Assembly: GCA_965240325.2 (NCBI GenBank)
Contig: OZ251234.1
Span: 496,001-560,000, forward strand
Direction: 5' to 3'
Origin: Rebecca billardiae RCC1528
Taxonomy: Eukaryota; Protista; Haptophyta
Length of the DNA stretch: 64,000 nucleotides
A program made the position numbers and the translations under genes. This document shows, in pieces, positions 11,140 through 23,400 of this stretch (the first letter of the stretch is position 1; every line of letters begins with the position of its first letter). Under the pieces are notes generated by a model. The model saw nothing but the letters and a program-made list of their open reading frames with translations, ran no database searches and was not told the origin of the DNA.

Positions 11140-11634
11140 ATGAAGGCCGGGGAGAAGGTCGACCTCGCCGAGGGCGGCCGCGTGGTGAAGCTCGTGCAGC
11201 GCCCGGGCGCCGCAGGCGAGCGCCCAGAGGCCGGCTCGCGCGTACGTGTGCACTATGTCGGCAAGCTCGCCGACGGCACGGTGTTCGATTCCTCTGTGGA
11301 GCGCAAGGCTCCCTTTGTTTTCACAGTGGGCGTCGGGCAAGTGATCGCTGGGTGGGATCGAGGTGTTGCCTCGATGGTGCGAGGTGAAAAGGCTGTGCTG
11401 ACCATAGCGCCCGAGTATGGCTATGGCAACCGAGCGATCGGTCCGATCCCCGCGAACTCGACACTCACGTTCGAAGTGGAGCTACTCGACTTTGACGAGC
11501 CCGGTGTGCTGCAGTCCATGCTCACACGTATGGCCGTTGCCCTGGTCGTCGTTGCCCTGGTCTTCTTGTACCTTTGGAAGACGAATCCGGAGTTGATGTC
11601 TGGGCAGGCTGTGACAAACGCCCCACCGCACTGA
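11140..11634 (+). CDS. FKBP-type peptidyl-prolyl isomerase with C-terminal tail anchor (alternative in-frame ATG at 11086)
   Basis: VRVHYVGKLADGTVFDSS, FTVGVGQVIAGWDRGV, IAPEYGYG, IPANSTLTFEVELL; transmembrane segment MAVALVVVALVFLYLW. Confidence 0.92.
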   Translation: MKAGEKVDLAEGGRVVKLVQRPGAAGERPEAGSRVRVHYVGKLADGTVFDSSVERKAPFVFTVGVGQVIAGWDRGVASMVRGEKAVLTIAPEYGYGNRAIGPIPANSTLTFEVELLDFDEPGVLQSMLTRMAVALVVVALVFLYLWKTNPELMSGQAVTNAPPH

Positions 11635-12718
11635 TGCAGCCCCGTGCGGAGTGCACTCTCAGTCTTCAACGAGCCGAGGCCGGCGTTTGACTGTGGGAGC
11701 TACTTGGTCCTGCAGCGGCGCGAACAGCTTCATGATACTGTACAAAGGGTCGGCGCGGTTCCGCTCGGCCTGACGAAAGGCTCGAAAGACCTCGAAGGTG
11801 GATAGTGTCACAGGCGGCAACTCGTCGCTCGTCATTTCGTCAGCGTAGCCGGCGCTGAGCGGAAGACATTCAACCACTGCTCCGGGTCATCGATGGTTAT
11901 TGTGGCGTGCTGGCACCTTACTCGTGCCTCGTGGCGGCGCGTGGCGCCACACGGTCACGGTCACGACGGTGGCGCCTCACCACGCCTGGCACGCCGGCAG
12001 CGTCGAATTCGAAATTGGCGCGCGCGTTTAATAGTTAAATAGTGTCACTGCATTTTTTGACTAAGTAGTTATTATTTTGTTGCGCGTCTGGTCACGGCGT
12101 CACGCGGCTGATGCATCGTACCTTGATGAATGATGGCCATCCGGCGCCATCTGAGTCGTAACAGTCGATAGTGATACTCAGTCACAGTGTATATAGCGTC
12201 TTAACCCCTGTATTGTTGAACGGAAAACTACGGGTCAGGTGAATGTCTTAACCGCCGGCCGACGGCGACTACTCGGACTAGACTACTGACTAGAGTCCCG
12301 CATGCGGCCCGGCGGGAGGCTCGGCCCGGGAATGAAGCGCCCGGACGACGGGTACCGTACTGGCATCACGGGCCTGGTCTGGACCCTGCATGGCGGCGTG
12401 AGGGCGCCGGCTGCACAGTGTGGCAGTCACCGGGAGCGAGCTCAGCCAGATTGCCAAGAGCCCCCACGGCCGAGCGCGTTCACCCGACGCGAGCACGCAA
12501 CCCGTTCAGGGGTGCGTCCGGGCAAATGCCAGATGGCGTTGCCAGGCGCGCCGGCAGGCCGCCATCTCGAGACGTCGGTCGGCATCGGCTGGCAATGACT
12601 CAGGTGCCGCAGCGGATGCCCAGAATGCGGCCGATGACGACCACCGTGAGCGGGATGCTGGGCTGTGCCTTTGCGCCTGGCTTGCAGCGCCGCCAACCGT
12701 TGGTCTGCGCCCCTTCGC

Positions 12719-13039
12719 TCAGAGCCCGCTTGGACGGGCAGCGTCCTGAGGTAAACGCTGCCCACGATGCAACGAGTCGCAATCCGGCCGGCCGCACACA
12801 CGATGCGGCAGCTTGTGCTGGTAGCACGTTGGGCACGTGTAGTAGTTCGTCACGAGTCGGGGGCCACGCATCTGCATCGTCCCGTGCCGCCGAATGCGTC
12901 CACGCGACCTGGAAACGCGCTTCTTGGGCACAGCGAACAGAGCGGGTATCCCCAGAGGAAGCCACGAGAGTGCGCCCCCCAGCCGCGTGATCGACGGTGC
13001 AACGCCGCCGAACAGGCGGTGAATGGCCAGGGACGCCAT
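12719..13039 (-). CDS. MRPL32: Organellar (probably mitochondrial) ribosomal protein bL32
   Basis: Presequence followed by AVPKKRVSRSRGRIRR and the zinc motif CPTC..HKLPHRVC..C. Confidence 0.88.
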   Translation of the reverse strand: MASLAIHRLFGGVAPSITRLGGALSWLPLGIPALFAVPKKRVSRSRGRIRRHGTMQMRGPRLVTNYYTCPTCYQHKLPHRVCGRPDCDSLHRGQRLPQDAARPSGL

Positions 13040-13233
13040 GCTCCCGACCGTCGAGCCGCCACGCGCTCGCCCTTCGCCCTTGGAGGGCACAAAGCCGACA
13101 GACCCGGACCGCGCGCGGGTCCGGTACGTCCGGCTGCTCGTGGTACCCTCCGTGCGGCGACCACCCTTGACACGAACTCTCAAGGTTGCGCGCGGCGTCG
13201 TGCCGAACCCCGCGCGCTCCAGCGAAGTCGCGA

Positions 13234-16200
13234 ATGCCACCCTCGGAGAGCGATGCGGCGTTCATGGAGGCGATGATGCGCGACCCATCCATCCTACGCC
13301 AGGCTGCGGAGCGGATAAACACCCCGGAAGGCCGCGTGCGCATGCGCGAGGCGATGCGGACCAGTGCGGGCTCGGCCAGCCGCCCTAACGACGGCGAGGA
13401 CATGGAGGACGAGGGTCCGGGCACGGCCGTGCACGCGATCCGCGTGGACAACCGCGACGTGGATGCGTGGCTGCGCTACGCGCAGACGCCCCCGAAGGAC
13501 ATCTTCTCGGACACGTTCGGGATGATGCAGATGTCTGTCGGCCTCAGCCCACCGCCGTCGGCGTGACACGCCGTCGCGCACCTCGCGCCCGAGGGCTCTG
13601 CCGCGCAGGAGGAGGCGCGGCGCGAGCTCGCGCGCGCGTCTCAGCAGGCCGGCGGTCCGTCCGCGGGCGACGCCGTGCCGACCCTCGCCGACCTCCGCGC
13701 GTCCTTCTTGCGGCTGCGCTCGAAGCTCCAGGTGTTCCAGCAGGGGGCGCCCGCGCAGCTGCGGCTGTCCGAGCAGACGGACCCGCTGGGCAGCCTGAGC
13801 AAGATGGACGAGCTGATGGTGCGCGCGTTCATCGACACCGAGCGCCTGCGCGAGCTCCCGCGCGCGAGCCCCCCGAGCCGTGGGAGGTGTACTTCTCCGA
13901 CGAGGGCGGCGGCACCACCAGCCAGACGGTGGCTGTGATGGACACCAGCGAGAGTGCGCTCAAGGGGCGGACGGTGGCCGCGTCCCACCACAGGCTGTAC
14001 CGGCCCGCGGGGCTGCAGGCCGCGCAGGACCTGGAGATGGCGATGGCGTGCCCCTGCCTCTTCGGCGGCGAGCCGCGCCGCCCCTGCTTCGTGCTGCTCA
14101 ACAACGCTTACTCGCGCGCCGACTATGAGTACGTGCGCCGCGCGATGCGGCCGCACGACGTGGCCGTCCTGCACAAGTCGGACTACGAGGCGCACGGCGA
14201 GGAGGAGGGGGCGAGGCGCATGTCGGAGGACATGACGGCGGTGCTGATGCGGCAGACGCCCGAGATCCTCCGCGGCCTCCCCCCGCCCGGCCTCTTCGCC
14301 TCGCCCGGCGCGGGCGGCTCCGCGGACGGCGGCGCGCACGAGGCGCAGCTGCGCGCGATGCTGCAGGACAACGCGCTCGCCCGGACTCCGGAGCAGAACG
14401 CCGCGCAGCTCGCGGAGGCGGCGGCCGTGTCGAGCGCGGCGGCGGCCAAGTACCGCGCGGGCGAGGTGCGCGAGGCGATCGAGTCGTGGCGCAAGGCCTT
14501 CAGCCTCGCGCTCGGCGCGCAGCACGGCCCGTCGCCCATGTGTGTCTCCTTGCACGCCAACCTGGCGGGCGCCTACCTGCGGCTGCGGCTCCGGGACCCG
14601 GCCGCGGGCGGGGCTGGGCGCGAGGCGGAGTCGGTCCTCGAGCAGCTGACGCTGGGCTTCAGCGGCACGCTGGACAGCGGCGCGGCCGCGCCCACGCTCG
14701 CCTACCTCGAGCGCACGCGCCTCCACCTCGCGCTGTGCCACGCCGAGCTCGTGCTTGCCAAGGACAGCGGCCACCGGAAGGCTCACGCGCGGCGCGTGCA
14801 GGCGCTCGCCGCTGCGCGGCTGCCCGGCGCGGCGCACCTCGCCGCGCGCGCGGCGGTGCGGCTGCACCCGGATCTGGCGGACGAGGAGGCGGCGGTCTCC
14901 AGCGCGCTCGCCGCCGCGCCCACGCCGGGCGCGCCCGTCGCGCGCGCGCGCGCCTTGGCGCCGCGCGCGCCGGCACGCGCGCCGCCGCGCGTGTGGGAGC
15001 ACTCCCTGACGGTCCTCGGCGACACCGTCGTGCTGCTCGGCGGGTACGACGGCGACTCGAGCGTGAGCAAGATGGCAGAGATGATGCGCGACCCGTTCGC
15101 GCCCGCGCCCATGTGGACGTGCGCCCTCGCCGACTTCACGGCCGCGGACGCCGCCGGCTCCGCGGCGCGCGTGCGGTGGCGCGCCCTCCGGCCGGAGGCG
15201 GCCGGCGCTGGCGCGAAGCGGCAGGCGCCCGCTCAGCAGTTCTGCTACCACTCGGCGGTGGCGCACGAGGGCACGCTGTGGGTCTTTGGCGGGCAGGAGG
15301 GCATGCGGCCCAACCTGAGCCGCCTCCTGGCGTGGACCCCGCCCGCGTCCGGCGAGCGCGGCGACGGCCGCTGGCGCCTGGTCGGCGAAGACAGCCCCCG
15401 TCACAAGGGCCGCTGGCCGGTCGCGCGGCGCGCGCACGCCGCCGCCGTGTGCGGCGCGCAGCTGTGGATCCACGGCGGCGCGTGCACGGCCGAGCGCGGC
15501 GGGCTCCTGCAGGACACGTGGGCCTTCGACTTCGCCACGCACACCTGGAGCCACGTCGACGGGCCCAAGACGCCCGTCGAGATCGCGGACGCCCGGAAGA
15601 CGTCGCAGGAGCGCCCGAGCCCGCGCGCCGCGCACGGCATGGTGGCGGATGGGCACCGCCTCCACTTGCTCGGCGGGGCGCCGTACATGATGGACGAGGT
15701 GTCGCGCGTGGCGCCGGAGGACCTGGCCACCGAGTGGCCCGTCGAGGTGTGGGAGCTCTCCACGCGCGCCAAGAAGCCGCGCTGGAAGGTGGTGCGCACC
15801 ATCGGCTCGCTCGACGGCGCTCCGTGCGAGGGCGCGCACAGCGGCCGCGCGCAGGCGGCGTGCTTCGCGCTGGACGTGCGCGTGCCGCTCGCCGAGGCGG
15901 AGGGCGGCGGCTTCCGCTGCCTGTGCTCGTTCGGCGGGTACCGCGACGGCGAGCGGTACTACGGCACGCTGCACGTGCTCCCGCTGCGCGAGCTCTCCGC
16001 GGACGAGGCGGCGGCGGCGGCGGCGGCGGCTTCGCAGCTGGACGGCGGCGCGCCGCCGCTCGCGCTGGCCTCTGGCCTGCGGCTGTTGCAGTGGAGCCGC
16101 TGCGACTGGGCCGTGCCGCCAGCCGCGGCAGCGGCCGCGCACGCGCGGGGCGACGGCCCGGGCGCCGCGTCCGACGCGAGCGCCGAGCGCTCCGCCATCG

Positions 16201-16738
16201 AGCCCCCGCTCCTCGGCCGCGCCGGCGCGGCGGTGGCGGCGGTCGCGCCCAGCCACGTGCTGCTGCAGGGCGGGGGCTCAGAAGCCATGCTGGGCGGCAC
16301 GTGGCTGCTCTCACTGGGGGGGCAGGAGGCCGGCGGGGCCGGGGTGGGCGGCGCGGGCGCGGCGGCGGCGGCCGGTGCGCCGGAGCCCGCCGCCGCTGCC
16401 ACCGACGGCTCCGCCGCCCGCGCGGAGGAGCTCGCCCTGCTGCGCTCGGCGCTCGGCGCCGCCGCCGCCGGCGCGGAGGCGGGCGCGGACGACGTGGCGG
16501 CCATTGTGCAGGCCGATCAGCTGCTCGACGCGCAGTGCGCGGCCGCCGCGCGCGCGGGCGGGCACGGCGGCGGGCGCTTCCTCGCGCCGATGCGCCGCGT
16601 GCTCGCGCGCATGACCGCATCCGAGGCCTACATGCACGGCTGCGCGGACGCGCTCGCTGTGCTCGCGTGCCCGCGGCGCACCGAGCACCTCGCGCGCGGC
16701 CGCGCCCGCCGCGCGGCCGGCGCCGGCGCCGGTACGGA

Positions 16739-16773
<35 letters not shown>

Positions 16774-17996
16774 ACGCGGGCGCGGGCGCGGACGCGCTCG
16801 GCGCGCGCATGCTGCTCGCCGTGCGGTACGGGGCGCGGCAGGCGAGCGCCGGGACCGTCCTGCGGCACCTCGGCCGCGTCGACGAGGCGGCCTCGCTCCT
16901 GCGCCGCGCGCTGCGCCTGCTGCGCGCGCTCCCAGATCCGGAGGCGGAGGACTTCCCCGCGGCGGAGCCCGTGCGGCGTTTGCTCAAGGGCGCGCTGCTG
17001 CCCGCGGCGCAGGCGCTCGCGGGCTGCTTCCGCCCCACCGACGCCGAGATGGCGCGGCGCGGGTGGGACGTGGGCCTGCTGCCGGGCCGTGGCTGGCAGA
17101 CTGACGAGGCCGAGCTCGGCCACCTCTTCGCTGACTTCATACAGGAGCGCCACGGCCCTGCTTCGAATCGGGTGGACAGCGGGGCGCGCGCAGCGCGCGC
17201 CGCACGTGCCGGCTCGGGCGAGCTCGCGCGCATGTTTTTCGACGAGCCGCAGAAGAGCCTGCGCGGGCGCAGCTGGCTTGAGGGTGTGCTCGAGGAATGG
17301 CGCATCGGGGACGACGCGGCGGAGGCGCTGCGTACGGGCAGGACCGCGCTGCGCTGGCACCCGCCGACGATCGCGTGGGTGCCGCGCGTGTGCGCGCCGT
17401 GCGGGCGTGAGGAGCTTCGCCCTCACGAGTTCCAAGCGTGCGCGCGCTGCAAGGGCGCCTACTACCACGGCGTGGCGTGCCAGAAGGCCGACTGGCCGGC
17501 GCACAAGGCGCGGTGCAAGGCCGGCGCTGCGCACGACGCGGGCGCCAGCGCGCCGGCGCACGGCGCCGCCGACGCCGCCGAGGCGGCCGCGCCCTCCCGC
17601 CTTCGGCTGCTCGCCGACCTCATCTGCGCAGACGCGCGCGCCGCCATGGACAGCTGGACCGCCCTGCGCGCCGAGTGCGAGCGAGGCGGCGGCGCGGGCG
17701 ATGACGTGGACGCGCGAGCCGCGCGCGAGCTGCGGCCCGTCGACTGCGCCTTGGCGCTGGCCTCGCACCCAGCGGCTCCCGCCGACTTTGCGGGCGTGCC
17801 GCGAGAGGTGCTCGCCCGCCGCTCAGCAGAGCTCCCGGCCAGCCCCGGGAGGGCAGCGGATGGCGGCGGCGCAGCCGACGGCGACGGCGGCGTCGGGGCG
17901 CAGGCTGCAACGCGGCGAGATGGCTCCCAGGCTGAGACGCCGACGAACGGGGCCAGCATTGGGATCGGCTGCAGAGCCTGCCAAGGCTGGTCGTGA
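13234..17996 (+). CDS. TPR + Kelch beta-propeller + MYND zinc-finger protein; the 5' part has an in-frame TGA (13564-13566) and a frameshift near 13865
   Basis: TPR-like KYRAGEVREAIESWRKAF..LHANLAGAYLRL; about six Kelch blades (HSLTVLGDTVVLLGGY, HSAVAHEGTLWVFGG, RRAHAAAVCGAQLWIHGG, PSPRAAHGMV..LHLLGG); MYND CAPC..CARCKGAYYHGVACQKADWPAHKARC. The 5' exon structure is uncertain. Confidence 0.8.
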
Positions 17997-18741
17997 CACG
18001 CGGTGACTTGGGACTCGCTGATTGCTCGGCCGAGTGTTTGCGGGCTCCACAAGAGCTCTGCGCGTACGCCGCCTTGCTGCTGCTGCTGCCGCTTCGCGCG
18101 CTCGCATCAAGGCCGAGCTGATGACGATGCCACTACGTGGCGAACGTTCGAAACTCGTCGTTGCAGCTCGTTGCAGCTCGTTGCTGGGGTCACTTGGTGC
18201 AGTGACTTGCTGCTGGCTGTCTGCTGCTATTATTCTTTGACTGCTGCTATGACGATGCCATATCACTACTGCTACACGGCCGGCGCATCGTCGCGTAGTC
18301 GTCGTCTGCAGATTTTGCGCTGACGACGACGCGACGACTCAGCACTGTGACTGGCAACTCAGCATCGTCGTAATTCGTACGTCAGCAAGATGCGCTGGCT
18401 GCGCTGCTGATGACGACGATATCTGATGATGCCGGGCGGCGCGCGCGGCGACTCCGAGACTCTGAGTCCGATGAGTAGACCGACGAGTCCAAAGCGCCGG
18501 TTCCGACTCCGAGACCGAGAGGCGAGAGTACCGTGCCGGCCTGCTGCTGTGCGGCTGTGCCATGCGTGATGCGGCATGACGACGATGACACGGCGCCACG
18601 GAGAAGATGCCACACAGACTGACACACAGAGTACACAGACACACTGCCGTCCGGCTGTCGGCGCCGACGGTCTGAGTCCATCGACGTCGCGCGGCGGCGA
18701 GCGACGACGGGCCGGTCTCCGCCCCACCACGCCGTTGGCGC

Positions 18742-19587
18742 TCACTCCTCCGCCGCGCCGCCCGCGGGCGCGCTCTGCGCGGGCTCGACGTCGTACAGCA
18801 GCGTGGTGCTCAGCATGGCGGCGTTGAGCGCAAAGCCCGCGCAAAAGCCCGCCACCAGCAGCCAATCAGAGGTGAGCTGCACGGAGGTGAAGACGCGCGC
18901 GCCGTTGCCCGCGGTCGAGAGCGCGGCGGTGATCACGCTCCAGCCGCCCGACGAGCGCCGGCGCACGTTCGACACGAGCTGCGGGATCAGCGCGCCGTTC
19001 ACGGACACGGCCGCCGCCGCCTGCACCGCGGTCAGAGCCCACAGCGGGGCGAGCCGCACGCCGAGCGCGCACGCGCACAGGACGAGCGCGCACGCGGCGC
19101 ACGCGAGGGGCCAGCCGCGGGGCTTCTCGAGCGCGACGAGGGCGCCGAGCACCAGCACCGACTGCACGCCGAGCGCCACCGTCTCGAAGTAGGCGGAGGG
19201 CGGGAAGCGCTTTCGCACCGGGTAGACAAGAGCGGCGGCGTACCCGCACAGCTGCAGCGCCCACGTGGAGAGGGAGAGGCCGCGCGCGGAGCGGCGGCGG
19301 AGGATACCGATCAGGATCGGGAGGTAGATCGTGAGCGAGCCCGCCGTCACGGCCCAGCCGAGGGAGCGCGCCGCAACGTCCGCCACCGACGACTGAGCAG
19401 CCGCGGGGAGCGCGACGCAGCGCGCGGCCGCGCGCGGCCGCGCTCTGGGCCCGCGCACGAGCGGCGGCGAGCACGCGCCGAGCGGCTGAGCGCGAGCCAT
19501 TCCGAGTGGCGCTCGCCTGGCCGATGTGGCCGCGTGGGCGAGGCTTGCGCCGAGCCACAGCGCGACGAGCACCGCGCCCTGCTTCAT
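18742..19587 (-). CDS. PQ-loop membrane protein, MPDU1/Lec35-like, with a bipartite-type N-terminal presequence
   Basis: LGWAVTAGSLTIYLPILIGILRRRSARGLSL, FPPSAYFET, LIPQLVSNVRRRSSG, ARVFTSVQLTSD; multiple transmembrane segments; signal peptide followed by an Arg/Ala/Pro-rich stretch. Confidence 0.82.
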   Translation of the reverse strand: MKQGAVLVALWLGASLAHAATSARRAPLGMARAQPLGACSPPLVRGPRARPRAAARCVALPAAAQSSVADVAARSLGWAVTAGSLTIYLPILIGILRRRSARGLSLSTWALQLCGYAAALVYPVRKRFPPSAYFETVALGVQSVLVLGALVALEKPRGWPLACAACALVLCACALGVRLAPLWALTAVQAAAAVSVNGALIPQLVSNVRRRSSGGWSVITAALSTAGNGARVFTSVQLTSDWLLVAGFCAGFALNAAMLSTTLLYDVEPAQSAPAGGAAEE

Positions 19588-19694
19588 TTCGCACGCCGGC
19601 CGCGCGTCCGGAGACCACACTCCGCCGTGCATGCGGCTCTCGTGTTTGCGTCCGCGGCCGCGCGTCGGATTTCATTTTGAACGCCGCCGGCAGG

Positions 19695-20452
19695 ATGGCG
19701 GGCGTAGTGCCCGGCGCCACCGCCGGGGCCGGGGAGGGATGGGTGCACGTGTACACGGCCGCGTGCGCGCGGAAGGGCGCGAGGGTGTGCGACGAGCTCG
19801 TCGCCTTCCTCCAGCGCCGCGCGGCCGGCTCCGTCGACAGCGAGTGCGACCTCTCCCGCACGGCGGTGCCGATCGATGACGCTGACGTGAGCGCGCTCGC
19901 GCACGCGCTCGCGGCGAGCGGCGGCGCCGCGCTTCTGGACCTGTCGCACAACGCGATCGGCGCATCGGGTGCGAGCCACCTCGCCACCGCGCTCGCGTCC
20001 GGCCTGACCGCGCTCAGGCTGCGCGGCAACGCGCTCGGCGACGCGGGCGCGCTCGCGCTCGCGCGCGCGCTGCGCGCGCACGGCTCCAGCCTCGTCGAGC
20101 TCGAGCTGGGCGAGAACCGGATCGGGCCGAACGGCGCGGCCGCGCTCGCCGAGGCGCTCATCTCCGCGCCCAGTCGGCTGCGCACCCTCGGCCTCCGCGC
20201 CAACGCCGTGCGCGACGGCGGCGCCGCGGCGCTCTCGGCTGTGGCCCAGTCGGCGCTCTCGCCGCTGAGCGCACTCAGCCTGGCGTGGAACGGGCTGGGT
20301 GCCGACGGCGTGTCGGCGCTGGCGAGCGCGCTCGGTGGCGGGCGCGGCACGCTCACCGACCTCGACCTGAGCGGCAACCACGTCGGCGACCGCGGCGCCG
20401 CCGCGCTCGCGCGCGCGCTCGGCTCCGAGCCGAGCGCGGCACTCAGAAGGCT

Positions 20453-20498
<46 letters not shown>

Positions 20499-23400
20499 AG
20501 GGTGTCGTCGCTGCGCGTGCTTCGGCTGCGCGCGACGGACGTGGGCGACGAGGGCGCGCTCGAGCTCGCGCGCGCGCTGCGCGCCCCCGCGTGCCCGCTC
20601 ACCGCCCTCGACCTCTCGCACGCGCCGCTGAGCGCGCGCGGCGTGGTCGAGCTGCTGCGGGCGTGCGCGTACGCGGCACCGCGGGGGCTGCGCGCGCTCA
20701 GCGTGGAGGGCGCGGCGGTGGGCGGCCCGGGCAGGGGCGGAACGCAGCTGCTCGACGCGTGCTGCCTGCTGCTCGGCGGGCGCACGCGCGCCCCGCTCAC
20801 CAGCCTCTCGCTCACGCTCTCGCCCGCAGCGGCCGAGCCGGCCGAGCCGGCGGACACCACAGCGCAACAGCCACAGCCGCTGCGCGCGCGCGGACGCGGC
20901 GAGGCCGGCGGCGGCGGCGGCGGCTGGGAGGCGGCGGCGGCGGGCGCGCTGGGCGCGGAGCCGGACGGGAGCACCATCGGCGCGGGCCTGCGCCCGCTCG
21001 AGCGCCTCGCGCGCGCGCTCGAAGCCAACGGCACCCTCCTTGCGCTCGCGCTCGCTGACGGCTGGTCGGAGCCGCCGCCCGCGCCGCCCGCCGCCGGCGC
21101 GCGGCCGCATCCGGCGGTCGGCCGCGCCGCGCCGCTCGCGGGCGCAGCCGGCGAGGCGGCACTCGGTGGGCTCGCGGCGGCGGAGCGCGACGCTCGCGAG
21201 CGCGAGCCGGACACGCCGGGCTCGCACCCCCTCGTGAGCACGTGGGCGGACGTGCAGGCCCGCAGCGTGATCCGCGCCATCCTCCGCTCCAACGGCGCCG
21301 CCGTGTCGCGCGCGCGCGATCGGCGTGGCGCCGTGTTGCCTCTCAGCTCGGGCGGCGCGGCGGCGGGTGCGGGCGGTGCGGCGTGGGCGCATGCGGCGGC
21401 GGGCGTGTCGCCGCCGCAGCTGTGGCCGGCGCCCGGCGCGGGCTGGGCCGCGCGCGCCGCCGGGGCGGAGCAGCCGCCCTCGCCACAAGGCGCGAGGCCG
21501 GCGCGCGCGCCCAGCGCCGGGCGCACCGAGCCCGCTCCGCGCGCGGAGGCGGCCGCGGCGGCAGCGCGCGCGGCAAGCTCGGTCGCGCCCGGCGCGGCGG
21601 AGGAGGCGCGGGCGGCCGACGGCCGCGTGCGCGAGCCGACGCAGCCCGAGCGCAGCGCCGACGCGCGGGCCGCGGCTGCGCGCGCGCCATGGGCCGCAGG
21701 GCTACCGCTGGGCGAGCTGGACACCCCGCCGCCGTCCGCTGCGCCGCCGCGCGCGCTGCCGGCGGCGGCGCCGGCTGCGCGACCGCCGCAGCAGCAGCGG
21801 CCCGCGTCGGCAGCGTCGCGCGCGGCGGTTGCCGCGGCGTCCGCGGATCAGCACGCCGATCTGCCAGGCCGAGGGGCGTCCCCCTGGCCTCACGCTGTGG
21901 CGCCCGGCTGGGCGGAGGCGGCGGCGGCGGCGGAGGCGGCGGCGGCGGCGGAGGCGGAGGCGGCGGCGGAGGCGGAGGCGGCGGAGGCGGAGGCGGCGGC
22001 GGCGGCGGAGGCGGAGGCGGCGGCGGCGGCGGCGGCGGAGGCAGCTGCGGCGCACGCGCGTGCTGAGCAGGAGGCTGGCGCTGCCGGCGCTGTCCTCATG
22101 CACACGGGGGCGGAGGCGGAGGCGGAGGCGCAGGTGGAGGCGGCATGGGAGCCACCGGACGAGGCCGGTCTGCCGCCTGGCTGGCTGAGCCCGCCCACGC
22201 CGCCGCAGCGCGCGCGCGGCGCGAGGCCGCGCGCGGCGCCGCGCTCGCGCCCCGCGCCCGGCCCTGCGCCGGGCGGTGGGATGGCGGTGGGCGGTGTGCA
22301 CCATGCGCTGGCGGCGTCCGCGCTGCGGCTCGAGCAGCTCGCCGCGCGCGCGGAGCAGCGGCTGGCTCGCGTCGAGGCGAAGACGGCAGCCTTCGAGCGA
22401 GACTCGCCGCCGGCCGTGCGCGCGCTCGCCCTCGGAGCGTCGCCGCCGTCGTCCAAGCGCGCGGCGGCGGCGCGGGCGGAGGCGGCGACGCGCGCACGCG
22501 ACGATGGCGCGCGCACGCCGCCCACCGCGGCCGCGCCGTCGCGCGTCGCGCCCGCGGGCACTCAGACGGAGGCGCTCGCCGAGCCGCCCGGCCTGCCGCC
22601 CGCGCGGCTGAGCGCCGCCGCGCCGCGCACCACCCGGGTGTGCGCCGCAGCCTCGGGCAGCGCGCGCACCGCAGACGCGCACACAAGCTGCTCGGTCGAC
22701 GCAAGCACGTGCACGCGCCCGCCGACCGCGGACGCGCAGACGGGCGCGTGCGCGCACGCCGCGACGTGGACGGAGGGCGCGGCGCGCGCGGACGCGCAGA
22801 CGGGCGCGTGCGCGCACGCCGCCACGTGCACCGAGCACGCCGCTGCCACGGCCGCGGACCCGAGCGAGCGCGGCGCCGGCGCGGCCGAGCAGAGCGGCGG
22901 CGGCGGCGGCGCGGGCGTCGCGGCGCGGCGCGGCATGCTCACCGGTGACGACGCGCCGCCGCGCGGCGCGGTGCGGCGCGCTGCCGAGGCGCTCGGCGCG
23001 AGCGGGCTCCACGTCACCGGCGGCGCCCAGCCGCCGCGCTCGCCGCCGCCCGGCGCGCGCTCGGCGGTCCGGCCGAGTCCGGCGCAGAGCCCGAGGCCGC
23101 AGCCGGCGGGCGCGGCGGGCGCGCACGCTCGGCTGTCGGCGCGCGTCACGCCCGCTGCACGCGCCGTCTCCGCCGCCGCCGCCGCCGCGCCGTTGGACGG
23201 CGCGCGCGGCGCTGTGGACGAGGCGGAGGCGGAGGGCGCGGCCGAGCGCGCGCGCGAGCGCGAGGCGGCGGCGGCGGAGCGTGGGCGCGTCGCGCTCGCC
23301 GCGCTTCGCGCCGAGCGCGAGCTGACCGCAGAGGGGCGGCGCGCGCAGCTCGCACGCCTGAGCGCTGCGGCGGAGCGACGCCGCCAGCGCTTCGCGTCGC

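Noticed and set aside
11659-11877. 72-aa minus-strand ORF
   Set aside because: Plausible small protein, but it has no motif and too little evidence.
13564-13566. Selenocysteine readthrough at the in-frame TGA
   Set aside because: No redox motif context and no SECIS identified; an intron or assembly error is more likely.
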